Positions 37,568 through 46,818 are shown, counted from the first letter of the stretch. The stretch is 64,000 nt of DNA from a bacterium (GCA_023244815.1 JAHFLQ010000001.1:31037-95036); one strand, 5' to 3'. Notes: generated by a model not told the origin, from the letters alone. Made by a program: numbers and translations.

Positions 37568-38440
37568 ATGCAGGAACACGATCTGCCTGTTCAAGGACCG
37601 GTATTCTTAATAGAAGTAGATAAGATATTGCCAAACCCGCAGCAACCGCGGCGGGATTTTGATGAAAATGCCTTGAAAGAGCTGGCGGCGTCCATCAGGG
37701 AATTCGGTATTCTCCAGCCGATTGTGGTTACCAAACTGGAAGAGATAAAAGAAGCCGGAACCGATGTTAAATATATTCTTGTTGCCGGTGAACGGCGGTG
37801 GCGGGCGGCTCAAATGGTAGGAATGGAACGCATTCCAGCGGTTATTAGAAGCGTGAATCTTGCCAAGGACCGTTTGGAGCTGGCGATTATTGAGAACGTT
37901 CAGCGGGAAAACTTAAACGCAATAGAAGCGGCGCGGGCCTACGCGAGACTTGCCGATGAATTTGGACTGACGCAGAGGGAAGTAGCCGCGCGTCTCGGTA
38001 AGAGTCGAGAAGTCATTGCTAACACCATCCGGCTTCTCAGTCTGCCAACAGCAATTCAGGATGCCATCGCGAAGAGCCAAATCAGTGAGAGCCAGGGGCG
38101 GCTTTTGTTGACCGTGCCTGATCTTGCTCAGCAACAGGCCTTATTTGAAGATCTTTTGCGCAGCACAATGAGCGTGCGTGAGTTACGAAGCCGTATCCAG
38201 TCCATCCAAAAACCGGCGCAGAGTCCATCTGCTATTCCTGTTATCAGCGTTGTTGATTCGGAAACGCTTTCTCTGCAGCGCGAGCTTGAAGGAGCGCTCG
38301 GCGCTCCCGTAAAAGTGGAGCATGCCGGTGAAACCGGAAAACTAATTATCACTTTTTATTCGCCGGAGGAGTTGAAGGGTATTGTCGACCGTCTGAAAGG
38401 CACTACACAAACCGATAGCTTGCCTCCCTTATCTCTTTAA
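37568..38440 (+). CDS. parB: chromosome partitioning protein ParB/Spo0J
   Basis: ParB box motifs (ILPNPQQPRRDFDE, GERRWRAA), HTH, C-terminal dimerisation region. No parA is adjacent. Confidence 0.85.
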   Translation: MQEHDLPVQGPVFLIEVDKILPNPQQPRRDFDENALKELAASIREFGILQPIVVTKLEEIKEAGTDVKYILVAGERRWRAAQMVGMERIPAVIRSVNLAKDRLELAIIENVQRENLNAIEAARAYARLADEFGLTQREVAARLGKSREVIANTIRLLSLPTAIQDAIAKSQISESQGRLLLTVPDLAQQQALFEDLLRSTMSVRELRSRIQSIQKPAQSPSAIPVISVVDSETLSLQRELEGALGAPVKVEHAGETGKLIITFYSPEELKGIVDRLKGTTQTDSLPPLSL

Positions 38441-40079
38441 TTTTTTTTAACTTGGCCAGCAATTTTTCCGCCTTCTCTTTTGGCAATGCTCCGCAAGTTA
38501 TTTTCACGGACGGCAACTTGGCATTAACGGTTTGAATATTCACGTGCGATCGGCTGATTACGCCAGTCAGCTCGCTCAATAGTCCGACACGGTCGCTGAT
38601 GGTAAATTTAAATTCCAGCGTTCGCAGTTCTTTTTTATTAAACATCGACGGGCCGGAATGGCGAAGTGCCGCGCGAATGTGGTTACGGGCGTTACCGGTG
38701 TGGACGAAGTTGAGCCAAGCCTCCGATGGGCCTTTGTTTTTTTGGGTCATAATTTCTACCATGTCGCCGGATTTCAGGGGGTGTTCCAGCGCGGCGATTT
38801 TGCCGTTTACTTTGGCACCGGAGCAGTGGTTGCCAATGTCAGTATGTATCTGGTAGGCGAAATCCACCGGTGTGGCGCCGACGGGCAAATCAATGACCTC
38901 GCCTTGAGGGGTGAGCGTTAAAATGCGATCTTTGAAAAAATCTATTTTTAAAGACTGGACGAACTCTTCCGAGTTAGTGAAATTTTTTTGCCAATTGCGA
39001 AGCTGTTGTATCCAGCCCAGCTCTTTTCTGTCGGCGAAAGCGACATTCCGCTCCAGGTAATTTTTGGTATTTTTTATTTGCTGATAGGCGAAGTGGGCAG
39101 CAATGCCGTTTTCCGCCTCGTCGTGCATTTGCTGGGTTTTGATTTGGATTTCGGTGATTTTATTTTCCGGCCCGAAAACAGTGGTATGGAGACTGCGGTA
39201 ACCGTTGGGTTTTGGCAGAGCGATGTAATCTTTGAAGCGATGGGGTACGGGCGGCCAGATTTTGTGAATCGTGCCCAGCGCGGCATAACAATCCTCCAGC
39301 GATTTCACGATGACACGCATGGCAACCAGATCGTAGATGCTTTCAATGTTCATATCATAGCGCAGCAGTTTTTTGTACAAACTGGTGTAGCGCTTGGCGC
39401 GCGAATCAATTTTGGTCATCTCCACCCCATCTTTGCGGAGCTCTTCTTCGAGAATCGGCTGGACGCGCCTGGAGTAACGTTCGCGCTCTTCAAAGCGTTC
39501 TTTCACGTTTTCGATCAGCCATTTATGTTCCTGCGGGTAGAGGTAGGGGAAGGCTAAATCTTCTAATTCACCGCTTAATTTTTGCATTCCAAGGCGATAG
39601 GCGAGCGGGGCGTAGATTTCCATTGTTTCTAGCGCTACGCGTTTCTGTTTCGATGGGTGGAGCGCGTAGAGCGTTTTCATATTGTTAAGGCGATCGGCAA
39701 GTTTCACCAAAATGACGCGGATATCCTGGCTCAAATACAAAATAAACTTGCGCAGATTTTCCACCTTGGCTTCTATGCCGCGATATTTAACTTTTCCAAT
39801 TTTGGTGACACCATCCACCAGAAACGACACTTCTTCGCCGAATTCGTTTCGTAAATCTTGAATCGTGAAGCTTGTATCCTCTACAGTGTCGTGCAGTAGA
39901 GCCGCGGCGATAGTCGGGTCGTCTAAACCCCATTCGACGATGGATTCGGCGGCCGCCAGAGGGTGATTGAAATACGGCTCGCCATTTTTCCTTTTCTGAC
40001 CGGCGTGCGCCTTTTTAGCAAAATCATAAGCCCGCCTGACCAAATCGCTCTTGCGGACTATTTCATTCAAAGTTGCCAT
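38403..40079 (-). CDS. rel: bifunctional (p)ppGpp synthetase/hydrolase Rel (short, 558 aa)
   Basis: HD hydrolase (HDTVEDT), RelA/SpoT synthetase domain, TGS and a C-terminal ACT-like domain. Confidence 0.9.
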   Translation of the reverse strand: MATLNEIVRKSDLVRRAYDFAKKAHAGQKRKNGEPYFNHPLAAAESIVEWGLDDPTIAAALLHDTVEDTSFTIQDLRNEFGEEVSFLVDGVTKIGKVKYRGIEAKVENLRKFILYLSQDIRVILVKLADRLNNMKTLYALHPSKQKRVALETMEIYAPLAYRLGMQKLSGELEDLAFPYLYPQEHKWLIENVKERFEERERYSRRVQPILEEELRKDGVEMTKIDSRAKRYTSLYKKLLRYDMNIESIYDLVAMRVIVKSLEDCYAALGTIHKIWPPVPHRFKDYIALPKPNGYRSLHTTVFGPENKITEIQIKTQQMHDEAENGIAAHFAYQQIKNTKNYLERNVAFADRKELGWIQQLRNWQKNFTNSEEFVQSLKIDFFKDRILTLTPQGEVIDLPVGATPVDFAYQIHTDIGNHCSGAKVNGKIAALEHPLKSGDMVEIMTQKNKGPSEAWLNFVHTGNARNHIRAALRHSGPSMFNKKELRTLEFKFTISDRVGLLSELTGVISRSHVNIQTVNAKLPSVKITCGALPKEKAEKLLAKLKKIKEIREASYRFV

Positions 40080-40129
40080 TTTCTTACTATTAACTTATTA
40101 TATGGTCAGCTTTTTCACAAGGAGAGGCG

Positions 40130-41179
40130 ATGAATTACTTTACCGACCGAATCCTCGATCGTTGGCGGGAAATGGTCCAGGACAATAGAAATGTCCACGT
40201 TTTCGTGGACGAACAGAAACTAGGCACAGTCGCCAGCGATTGGGCGAAGTTGAGCTTGGAGAAAGACGCACCACCGCCGAATTGGCGGACAAAGGGCGTC
40301 GAGCCGGAGAACAATATCGCTTTTGTCTCCCAACTGCTTTACAAATCCGCAATCGATTTCGCTTTCACGCTTTTTGATCCGCCCCACGACCAATACAAAG
40401 TGGAAGAATTTTCCGGTAGTTCGGCGATGGGCAGATGTTTTTACCGGTACTTTGGGGAAAATCCGGTGCCGGCCGAAACGTTTCTGCAAATGCGGAACGA
40501 CTGGTGCGAGGGTGACCATAGGGCGGCCACGGAATTTTTTCAAGGCGACAATCTTCCGTCGTTGCTTGGCGAGCGAGTTTTACACCTCGCTGAAGTTGCC
40601 GAGGTGATGGAGAGGGACTTCAGAGACGACATTATGCGGTTTGTCCGATTTCCCTTTTCCGACTTATGCGCCGTAAGTTCTTATGAGACATTGCAGATTG
40701 GATTGGTAGAAGTGCTGCTCAAAATTTTCCCAACTGCCTTTGGTCAGGATCACCACAACCACCAATTATATTTCGCGAAGCGCCCGCAGCTGTTTGTTTT
40801 GATGTATCACGGCCGCGCGCTAGATTCCGGCGGTGAGCTACCGCTTTTAAGGGACCCGGAGCATATCGGGCCCGTCGTGGATTACCAAGTGCCGAACTGT
40901 CTGCGTTCCCTCAATGTTCTGTGCTATTCGGAAACGCTGGGCAAAACAATCAATGATTGCAAGATGATTGCCAGGCAGTCTCCCGAAGAGCTGGAAATCC
41001 GCATCGCCACGACCTACGCGGTAGCCGAGCTTCTTGAGAGAATCAACAAAATCCGGCGCGCCGTGGTAGCTGATTGCCGCCCTTGGACGATGCTCGAGCT
41101 CGATTTCAAACTCTGGTCGGAAGGCCGCGAGGCCTCCAAGGAAATCCCGCACCACCTTTGCATAACCACCGACTACTAG
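40130..41179 (+). CDS. DUF2419/Qng1-like protein (queuosine salvage family, tentative)
   Basis: 349 aa. From memory, its C-terminal pattern (LDFKLW...IPHHLCITTDY) resembles the eukaryotic/bacterial DUF2419 C-terminus. Visibly GC-richer codon usage than its neighbours. GGAG RBS. Confidence 0.4.
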   Translation: MNYFTDRILDRWREMVQDNRNVHVFVDEQKLGTVASDWAKLSLEKDAPPPNWRTKGVEPENNIAFVSQLLYKSAIDFAFTLFDPPHDQYKVEEFSGSSAMGRCFYRYFGENPVPAETFLQMRNDWCEGDHRAATEFFQGDNLPSLLGERVLHLAEVAEVMERDFRDDIMRFVRFPFSDLCAVSSYETLQIGLVEVLLKIFPTAFGQDHHNHQLYFAKRPQLFVLMYHGRALDSGGELPLLRDPEHIGPVVDYQVPNCLRSLNVLCYSETLGKTINDCKMIARQSPEELEIRIATTYAVAELLERINKIRRAVVADCRPWTMLELDFKLWSEGREASKEIPHHLCITTDY

Positions 41180-41217
41180 CGGCTGTTCTTCAAGTGGAGC
41201 GGCAAAAAGTAAAAAAC

Positions 41218-41257
41218 CAAACCTCCGAATCCTAGGATTCGGAGGTTTTTATTTTTT
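41218..41257. terminator. bidirectional rho-independent terminator
   Basis: AAACCTCCGAATCctagGATTCGGAGGTTTTTATTTTTT. The topA stop codon TAG (minus strand) sits in the hairpin loop. Confidence 0.7.
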
Positions 41258-43250
41258 CGGTTGATTTTTCTTCCTTTGGCGGAGGGTTGAGTGGATTAGT
41301 CCAGGAAGCGTAGTCGCATTTCGGGTAGCGGGAACAGCCCCAGAACATTTTTCCTCGGGCGCGTCCCTTAGACACCTTTCTCTCAATTACCTCGCCTTCT
41401 AAGCACTTCGGGCATTTCATCCCGATCATTTTCGGCGGTTCTTTAGCCAGGGCTTTGGTAGTTTTGCAGTCGGGAAATCCGGAGCAGGCGAGGAATTTTC
41501 CGAAACGACCGTATTTAACCATCATCGGTTTGCCGCACTTCTCGCACTTCTCATCTGTCATCTCTTCCTTAACCAATTCGCTTTTGTTTACTTCCAGATA
41601 TTTTTCCTCCAGATTCTTCGCGAACGGAACGTAAAAATCGCCGATGACCTGTTGCCATTTTTCTTTGCCATGCGCGACGTTATCCAATTGTTCTTCCATT
41701 TTAGCGGTGAAATCAATGTCCACGATCTGCGGGAAATGCTCGGTGAGTACCTTATTGACCAATTCCCCGGTTTCGGTTGGTTTGAAATTGCCCTGTTCTT
41801 TTTGGACATAGTTGCGCGTCTGGATCACCGATAATGTTGGCGCGTAAGTGGACGGGCGACCGATCCCATGTTCTTCTAGCGCCTTGATCAGCGTGGCTTC
41901 CGAGTAGCGTGGCAGTGGTTCGGTGAAGTGTTGGAACGGAGTTATTTCTTTTGCGGATAACTTTTCTCCCTTTTCCAAATCCGGTAGGGTTTTTTCGGAA
42001 AATTTTTGTGGCCAGACTTTCAAATAGCCATCGAAAATAATCTGCTGGCCATTGGCGCGAAGTGTGTATTTGCCCTGGCCGGGCAGGCCGGCGGTGGCGT
42101 CGGCGGCGGTCAGAGAGATCTTTGCCTCCGGCATCTGTGAAGCGACGGCGCGTTGCCAGACCATTTTATAAAGTTTCTTTTCGCTGGCGTCGGTTAGGCC
42201 GATAGCGTCCGGAATTTCCGCGACATTGGTAGGGCGGATAGCTTCGTGCGCTTCTTGTACAAGCTTGGATTTGGATTTGAAAAAACGGGGAGCGGTAAGG
42301 GCGTATTCTTTACCAAGCTCTTTTTCCAGCCAGGTCTTCGCCACACCGACGAATTCGTTGGAAAGGTTTACCGAGTCAGTGCGCATGTAAGTGATGTGAC
42401 CGTTTTCATAAAGGTGTTGGGCGATGACCATTGTTTTTTTAGCAGAATAACCGAGCCGGCGGGCAGCTTCCTGCTGCATCGTGCTGGTGGTGAATGGCGC
42501 TGGGGGATTTTTAGTCGCTTCCTTGCTATGAAGGCCGGTAATTTCAAAATTTGATTTTCGGAGATCGGCGACAATTTCCTCGGCCCGCTCTTTAGTTTTA
42601 ATTTCAAATTTATCAATTGCCTTATCCTCAATCTTTGTTAGGTTAAACTCTATTGGAACGCCACTTTTTAGGAGCTGGGCGACAATCGTCCAGTATTCTT
42701 CCGGCTTGAAAGCGCGAATTTCGTTTTCCCGCTCGACGATAAGGCGGACGGCTACCGATTGCACGCGTCCCGCCGAAAGGCCACGCACTACTTTTTTCCA
42801 GAGAAATGGAGAAAGCTTGTAGCCGACCAGGCGATCTAAAATACGACGCGCTTGCTGGGCATCAATTAAATTGGAATCGAGCGCGCGCGGATGTTTGAGC
42901 GCGTTTTCAATCGCGCTTTTGGTGATTTCGTGGAAAACAATCCGGCGCGGTTTTTTGATGCCGAGCGTTTCTGCCAAGTGCCAGGCGATCGCCTCTCCTT
43001 CACGGTCTTCATCAGTAGCGAGAATAATTTCGCCGCTTTTTTTGGCGTCTTCTTTGAGCTGTTTAACAACTTTTTTGGCTTTGATCGGAACGATGTACTT
43101 GGGTTCGAAGTTTTTTTCCACATCGATGCCGAGCGTACTTTTCGGCAAATCTCGGATGTGCCCATAAGATGATTCCACCTTATAATCACTGCCGAGGAAT
43201 TTGCTAATAGTCTTGGCTTTAGTTGGCGACTCTACTATTACTAAATTCAT
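41232..43250 (-). CDS. topA: DNA topoisomerase I
   Basis: TOPRIM N-terminus (MNLVIVESPTKAKTI), catalytic Tyr region, C-terminal Cys4 zinc ribbons. 672 aa. Confidence 0.9.
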   Translation of the reverse strand: MNLVIVESPTKAKTISKFLGSDYKVESSYGHIRDLPKSTLGIDVEKNFEPKYIVPIKAKKVVKQLKEDAKKSGEIILATDEDREGEAIAWHLAETLGIKKPRRIVFHEITKSAIENALKHPRALDSNLIDAQQARRILDRLVGYKLSPFLWKKVVRGLSAGRVQSVAVRLIVERENEIRAFKPEEYWTIVAQLLKSGVPIEFNLTKIEDKAIDKFEIKTKERAEEIVADLRKSNFEITGLHSKEATKNPPAPFTTSTMQQEAARRLGYSAKKTMVIAQHLYENGHITYMRTDSVNLSNEFVGVAKTWLEKELGKEYALTAPRFFKSKSKLVQEAHEAIRPTNVAEIPDAIGLTDASEKKLYKMVWQRAVASQMPEAKISLTAADATAGLPGQGKYTLRANGQQIIFDGYLKVWPQKFSEKTLPDLEKGEKLSAKEITPFQHFTEPLPRYSEATLIKALEEHGIGRPSTYAPTLSVIQTRNYVQKEQGNFKPTETGELVNKVLTEHFPQIVDIDFTAKMEEQLDNVAHGKEKWQQVIGDFYVPFAKNLEEKYLEVNKSELVKEEMTDEKCEKCGKPMMVKYGRFGKFLACSGFPDCKTTKALAKEPPKMIGMKCPKCLEGEVIERKVSKGRARGKMFWGCSRYPKCDYASWTNPLNPPPKEEKSTEKIKTSES

Positions 43251-43369
43251 CCCGTTAGAAATTTATATTATAATTTATTGATTATTGTGTCCGCCGATTT
43301 TCCTTGAAAGAGTCTTGCCCGTAGAAATATTTTACTTTTAAAATTCCTAATGGGATTCATTTTTTATTT

Positions 43370-44251
43370 TTAACGCGCCAGAAAGTAGCGGCCGCTTTCT
43401 TCTTTAACGATACCCTGAATTAAAAGCAAAGTCAGGTTTCGATTGACGACAGAAATATCAATTTTCGTCAGATCGCGGATTTTGTCAACATCAACCGGTT
43501 CGCCCGAAGACCGCAAAACTGCGAGAACCGCCCGCTGGTCATCATTCAGCCCCGCCTCTTTCATATATAGCAAAGTCTGTTGGGTATGGGCGGGGGCGAG
43601 ATTTAAATCGTCCAGGATTTCCGCGGCGTTGGTAACGAGCCGGGCACCGGCACGAAGTAGAGCATGTGCGCCTTTGTAATTGTCATGATTTACCGGCCCA
43701 GGCACTACAAATACCTCTCTGTTTTGTTCGAGAGCGTGAGCGGCGGTAGAAAGCGCTCCGGATTTTTCCGGGGCTTCCACTACCACAACGCCAACAGACA
43801 GGCCGCTAACGATACGGTTGCGTTCCAGGAAATGATTTTTGAGGCTAGGTTTGCCGGGCTCGTATTCGCTGATAATGCCGCCGCCCATTTCTAAAATTTG
43901 TTTAGCGAGGTTTTCGTTTTGGGCAGGATAGATTCTGTTTATGCCAACTGGTAAGACAGCGATGGTTTTACCTTTGCCGGCAAGTGCGCCTTCATGAGCC
44001 GCGGCGTCAATTCCCAACGCCAAGCCGCTAACAATTGCCGCTCCTGCTTCGGCTAATTCCCTGGCTAATTTTTTGGCAATAGCTAAGCCAGTCGCGGTAG
44101 CTTTGCGTGTGCCGACAATCGCGATATGTGGCTGATCGGAATCCGGCAGCACGCCTTTATAGTAAATCGTCCCCGGAGGAACGGGGATTTCTGTTAAAAG
44201 AATCGGGTAATTTTTGTCACTGAGCCGCAAAATCTTAAAATCGGCAGGCAT
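43370..44251 (-). CDS. dprA: DNA processing protein DprA (Smf)
   Basis: Rossmann-like DprA core (IAIVGTRKAT...VVVEAPEKSGALSTA) with a C-terminal winged helix. Start taken at MPADFKIL; the longer ORF to 44407 is unlikely. Confidence 0.8.
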   Translation of the reverse strand: MPADFKILRLSDKNYPILLTEIPVPPGTIYYKGVLPDSDQPHIAIVGTRKATATGLAIAKKLARELAEAGAAIVSGLALGIDAAAHEGALAGKGKTIAVLPVGINRIYPAQNENLAKQILEMGGGIISEYEPGKPSLKNHFLERNRIVSGLSVGVVVVEAPEKSGALSTAAHALEQNREVFVVPGPVNHDNYKGAHALLRAGARLVTNAAEILDDLNLAPAHTQQTLLYMKEAGLNDDQRAVLAVLRSSGEPVDVDKIRDLTKIDISVVNRNLTLLLIQGIVKEESGRYFLAR

Positions 44252-44279
44252 GGGATTGTGATATAATAACAGTATAGTA

Positions 44280-44807
44280 ATGATAAACAGTTTTAAAAAG
44301 CAACTTTTAACACAACTGGGCATCGCTCTTGGAGCAGTGACATTGATGATATTTGCCGCCCAGTTTATTGCCGGTGATCTAGGCGCGCACGCTAGAAAAA
44401 TCCTCAATCAGAAAAGCGAACTTGCTTTTCGCACTCAGGCCACTGGTCAGCTGGCGACACTGAAAGCGGATTCCGACAAGGCCCAGCCGTTGTTTACAGC
44501 ATTAAATGGAGCTTTGCCGCTAAAAGATGATCTGATCAACTTCGGGCAATCTTTAATCTTAGTTGCCAAGAATGAAAAAATCGATCTTGGTTTCAATTTT
44601 GGCGGTGAGACCGCGCCGAAAGGGGATATACCGGGATTTATCCGTTTCTCTATTACCGGTAGTGGTTCTTACGAAAACTTTCAGAAATTTTTAAAGGATC
44701 TGGAAAAAAGTCGGTATTTTGTAAAGCTCAACTCCATTGACCTCACTCGCCAGCCAGGCAATACTGCTTACAGCATTCTCGCGGACGGGCAGGTATTTTA
44801 TCAATAA
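44280..44807 (+). CDS. hypothetical membrane-anchored protein (PilO-like topology?)
   Basis: N-terminal TM, coiled-coil, then a beta-rich C-terminal domain, adjacent to dprA. Assignment is weak. Confidence 0.3.
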   Translation: MINSFKKQLLTQLGIALGAVTLMIFAAQFIAGDLGAHARKILNQKSELAFRTQATGQLATLKADSDKAQPLFTALNGALPLKDDLINFGQSLILVAKNEKIDLGFNFGGETAPKGDIPGFIRFSITGSGSYENFQKFLKDLEKSRYFVKLNSIDLTRQPGNTAYSILADGQVFYQ

Positions 44808-44808
44808 T

Positions 44809-45000
44809 ATGGCCAACAAGAATCTTTTATTTTATGTAATTGGCGGCCTGCTATCGTTACTTTTGATAATTTATGTAGTTTATTTACTAAATTTTTTGGT
44901 TAGCCAGATATCCGTGGTTTCGGGCGCCGGTCCGTTGAATGTGCCTAAAATTGAGACTTACAACTTTGAAAAGTTTAGTCAGTTAAAGGGTTCGCAATAG
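44809..45000 (+). CDS. hypothetical small single-TM protein
   Basis: 63 aa from MANKNLLFYVIGGLLSLLLIIYVVYLL, starting 2 nt after the previous stop. Followed by a hairpin plus T-run near 45010-45050. Confidence 0.3.
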   Translation: MANKNLLFYVIGGLLSLLLIIYVVYLLNFLVSQISVVSGAGPLNVPKIETYNFEKFSQLKGSQ

Positions 45001-45052
45001 TTGATTTAGGTGACTAATTCGGTATACTAGCTATTATTGATTAGTCGGTTTT

Positions 45053-45149
45053 TGCGTGTGTAGTTCAGTGGGTCGAGGCCAGTAGGCCGAGACGGGTGGT
45101 CGATGTACCATATAATGGCCGCCCCGGGATGAACCTGTCCTGACCCAGC
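45053..45149 (+). pseudogene. tRNA-Ile 5'-half pseudo-copy with about 57-nt insertion in D-loop
   Basis: GCGTGTGTAGTTCAGTGGG...GAACCTGTCCTGACCCAGCAC parallels tRNA-Ile's GCGCATGTAGTTCAGTGGTAGAACGCTGTCCTGATAAGACAG. There is no complementary anticodon-stem 3' strand. Confidence 0.35.
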
Positions 45150-45221
45150 ACTAAAATATGCGCATGTAGTTCAGTGGTAGAACGCTGTCCTGATAAGACA
45201 GAGGTCGTAGGTTCGATTCCT
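45150..45221 (+). tRNA. tRNA-Ile (anticodon GAU)
   Basis: GCGCATG ta GTTC agtggta GAAC g CTGTC CTGATAA GACAG aggtc GTAGG TTCGATT CCTAC CATGCGC A(cc). Confidence 0.9.
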
Positions 45222-45324
45222 ACCATGCGCACCGCTATATTAGAATCGAACGCCGGAGCGATTTTTCCAGCAGGAAAAATCGTGAGGCGGTGCCCAGACC
45301 TCGGCGAGCGACGGCGAGCCGAGA

Positions 45325-45348
45325 GTCGCGGGTGATTCCTTCCACACG
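45325..45348 (+). other. tRNA-Ile 3'-end pseudo-copy
   Basis: GATTCCTTCCACACGCACCG parallels the tRNA-Ile 3' end GATTCCTACCATGCGCACCG. CACACGC is complementary to the GCGTGTG at 45053. Confidence 0.3.
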
Positions 45349-45386
45349 CACCGTGATTTAACTGAAAATGGCTTCTTTTAGCCCTA

Positions 45387-45421
45387 TTGACAAAATAGAA
45401 TTAGCGTGCTAAAGTAGGCTC
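45387..45421 (+). promoter_or_regulatory. sigma70-like promoter candidate
   Basis: TTGACA, a 17-nt spacer, then TAAAGT, upstream of the 3D-domain gene. Confidence 0.3.
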
Positions 45422-45483
45422 AAATAAAGGATCCCTTATGTGGGGGGTTTTTATTTCCTGCCACAGGCGGTAAACAAAAAAAC

Positions 45484-45945
45484 ATGAATATTTTTACTAC
45501 CAAATTCGTCCATGGAGCCATCGCCATAGCTCTGCTTGCGAATGCTTCTACCGGCTCAATCCCAGTAATTTACGCCGAAAGCGATCTCGGCCCAGTTTTT
45601 GAAAATGTCATTCAAGACACTTCAATTACCGCCAAGACCCCTTTGGAAGAGGGTGTTAAGCGTATTGCCGCGAAAGTGACCGCCTATTCTTCTACTCCGG
45701 ACCAGACCGACGATACGCCGTTTACTACAGCTTCCGGCGCTCATGTAGCGGACGGTATTGTAGCCGCTAACTTCTTGCCGCTTCATACCCACATCAAGAT
45801 TCCGGAATTATTTGGCGAAAAGGTTTTCGTAGTTGAGGACCGGATGGCCAAGCGCTTCCAAGACCGAGTGGATATTTGGATGCCGGATCGTTCCAGTGCT
45901 CGTAAGTTCGGTTTGCATAAAGCCGAAATCGTAGTGCTTCAGTAA
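45484..45945 (+). CDS. 3D (Asp-Asp-Asp) domain protein, MltA/RlpA-like double-psi beta-barrel, secreted
   Basis: Signal peptide, then TAYSSTPDQTDDTPFTTASG...V.DR...D.W, the 3D-domain signature. Confidence 0.55.
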   Translation: MNIFTTKFVHGAIAIALLANASTGSIPVIYAESDLGPVFENVIQDTSITAKTPLEEGVKRIAAKVTAYSSTPDQTDDTPFTTASGAHVADGIVAANFLPLHTHIKIPELFGEKVFVVEDRMAKRFQDRVDIWMPDRSSARKFGLHKAEIVVLQ

Positions 45946-45949
45946 CTAC

Positions 45950-45978
45950 AAACCCCCGATATACATCGGGGGTTTGTT
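45950..45978 (+). terminator. rho-independent terminator
   Basis: AAACCCCCGATatacATCGGGGGTTTGTT. Confidence 0.7.
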
Positions 45979-46012
45979 ATACTTAAAAGCAATGATGGGG
46001 CATATATTAAAG

Positions 46013-46351
46013 ATGCGGTTGGCAATTTTGCTTTTAAGCATTGGCCTTGCCGCCACATTTTTCTATGCCGCGATTTCTTCACTCCAGCGTCCAGACGACT
46101 GGGTCGGATTTCTCCCGGCATTTTTACGCAGCGATCCATTAGCTGGCACCTTGCTGACTATTTTTTCTATTTTTGAAATTGGCCTTGCGGTCTGGCTGGT
46201 TTCTGGAATTAAAACTACTTTTGCGGCGATGATTTCCGCGGCAGTGATGGTTGGAATAATTCTGGCGGACCCGGGCGCCTTAATTATTACTTTCCGCGAT
46301 ATCGGACTGGCTTTTGCCGCCGTCGCACTGGCTGTTTTAGCAAAGCATTAG
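46013..46351 (+). CDS. hypothetical small membrane protein (3-4 TM)
   Basis: Hydrophobic throughout. Start ambiguous (in-frame ATGs at 45974, 45992 and 46013). Confidence 0.4.
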   Translation: MRLAILLLSIGLAATFFYAAISSLQRPDDWVGFLPAFLRSDPLAGTLLTIFSIFEIGLAVWLVSGIKTTFAAMISAAVMVGIILADPGALIITFRDIGLAFAAVALAVLAKH

Positions 46352-46608
46352 CTGATAAACTGAAAATAGCTCAGCTGAAAGGAGACAGCCTGTGGACGAA
46401 CGCGACTTTTTGGTACGCAACGGTTTTTGGGTTCTTCTTGTTGTCGGCATCATCCTTTTTGTACTCAGATTGAAGTACCACCTTCGCGGCAAATGTTCTG
46501 GTTGTTCGCACTGTCCCTGCCGGTGCCAAGAATGTCTAAAGAAAAAAGAAAATCCCCAGAAATAGGGGATTTTACTTTTTGGTTTTTAATGGTAATAATG
46601 TTTACGAT

Positions 46609-46680
46609 GGCGCCGTAGCCAAGTGGTAAGGCAGGAGTCTGCAAAACTTCTATTCGGGAGTTCGATTCTCCCCGGCGCCT
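46609..46680 (+). tRNA. tRNA-Cys (anticodon GCA)
   Basis: GGCGCCG ta GCCA agtggtaa GGCA g GAGTC TGCAAAA CTTCT attc GGGAG TTCGATT CTCCC CGGCGCC U. Confidence 0.85.
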
Positions 46681-46693
46681 CAAAACCGAATAT

Positions 46694-46777
46694 GCCTGGG
46701 TGGCGAAATTGGTATACGCAGCAGACTTAAGATCTGCCGCTCGCAAGAGCGTGCCGGTTCGAGTCCGGCCCCAGGCA
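46694..46777 (+). tRNA. tRNA-Leu (anticodon UAA)
   Basis: GCCTGGG tg GCGaaattGGTAtaCGC a GCAGA CTTAAGA TCTGC, a long variable arm, T-arm GCCGG TTCGAGT CCGGC, acceptor CCCAGGC A. Confidence 0.85.
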
Positions 46778-46784
46778 CCGAATT

Positions 46785-46818
46785 AAAAACCAACTCCTTT
46801 GGGTTGGTTTTTAATTTT
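46785..46818. terminator. bidirectional rho-independent terminator
   Basis: AAAAACCAACtcctttGGGTTGGTTTTT, between the tRNA pair (+) and rbfA (-). Confidence 0.7.

Noticed and set aside
45393-45483. c-di-AMP (ydaO-type) riboswitch in the leader of the 3D-domain cell-wall gene
   Set aside because: The leader after the putative promoter is only about 90 nt. It shows a single weak hairpin (CCC-ttatgt-GGGG) plus a T-run, far short of the about 130-nt multi-stem ydaO architecture.
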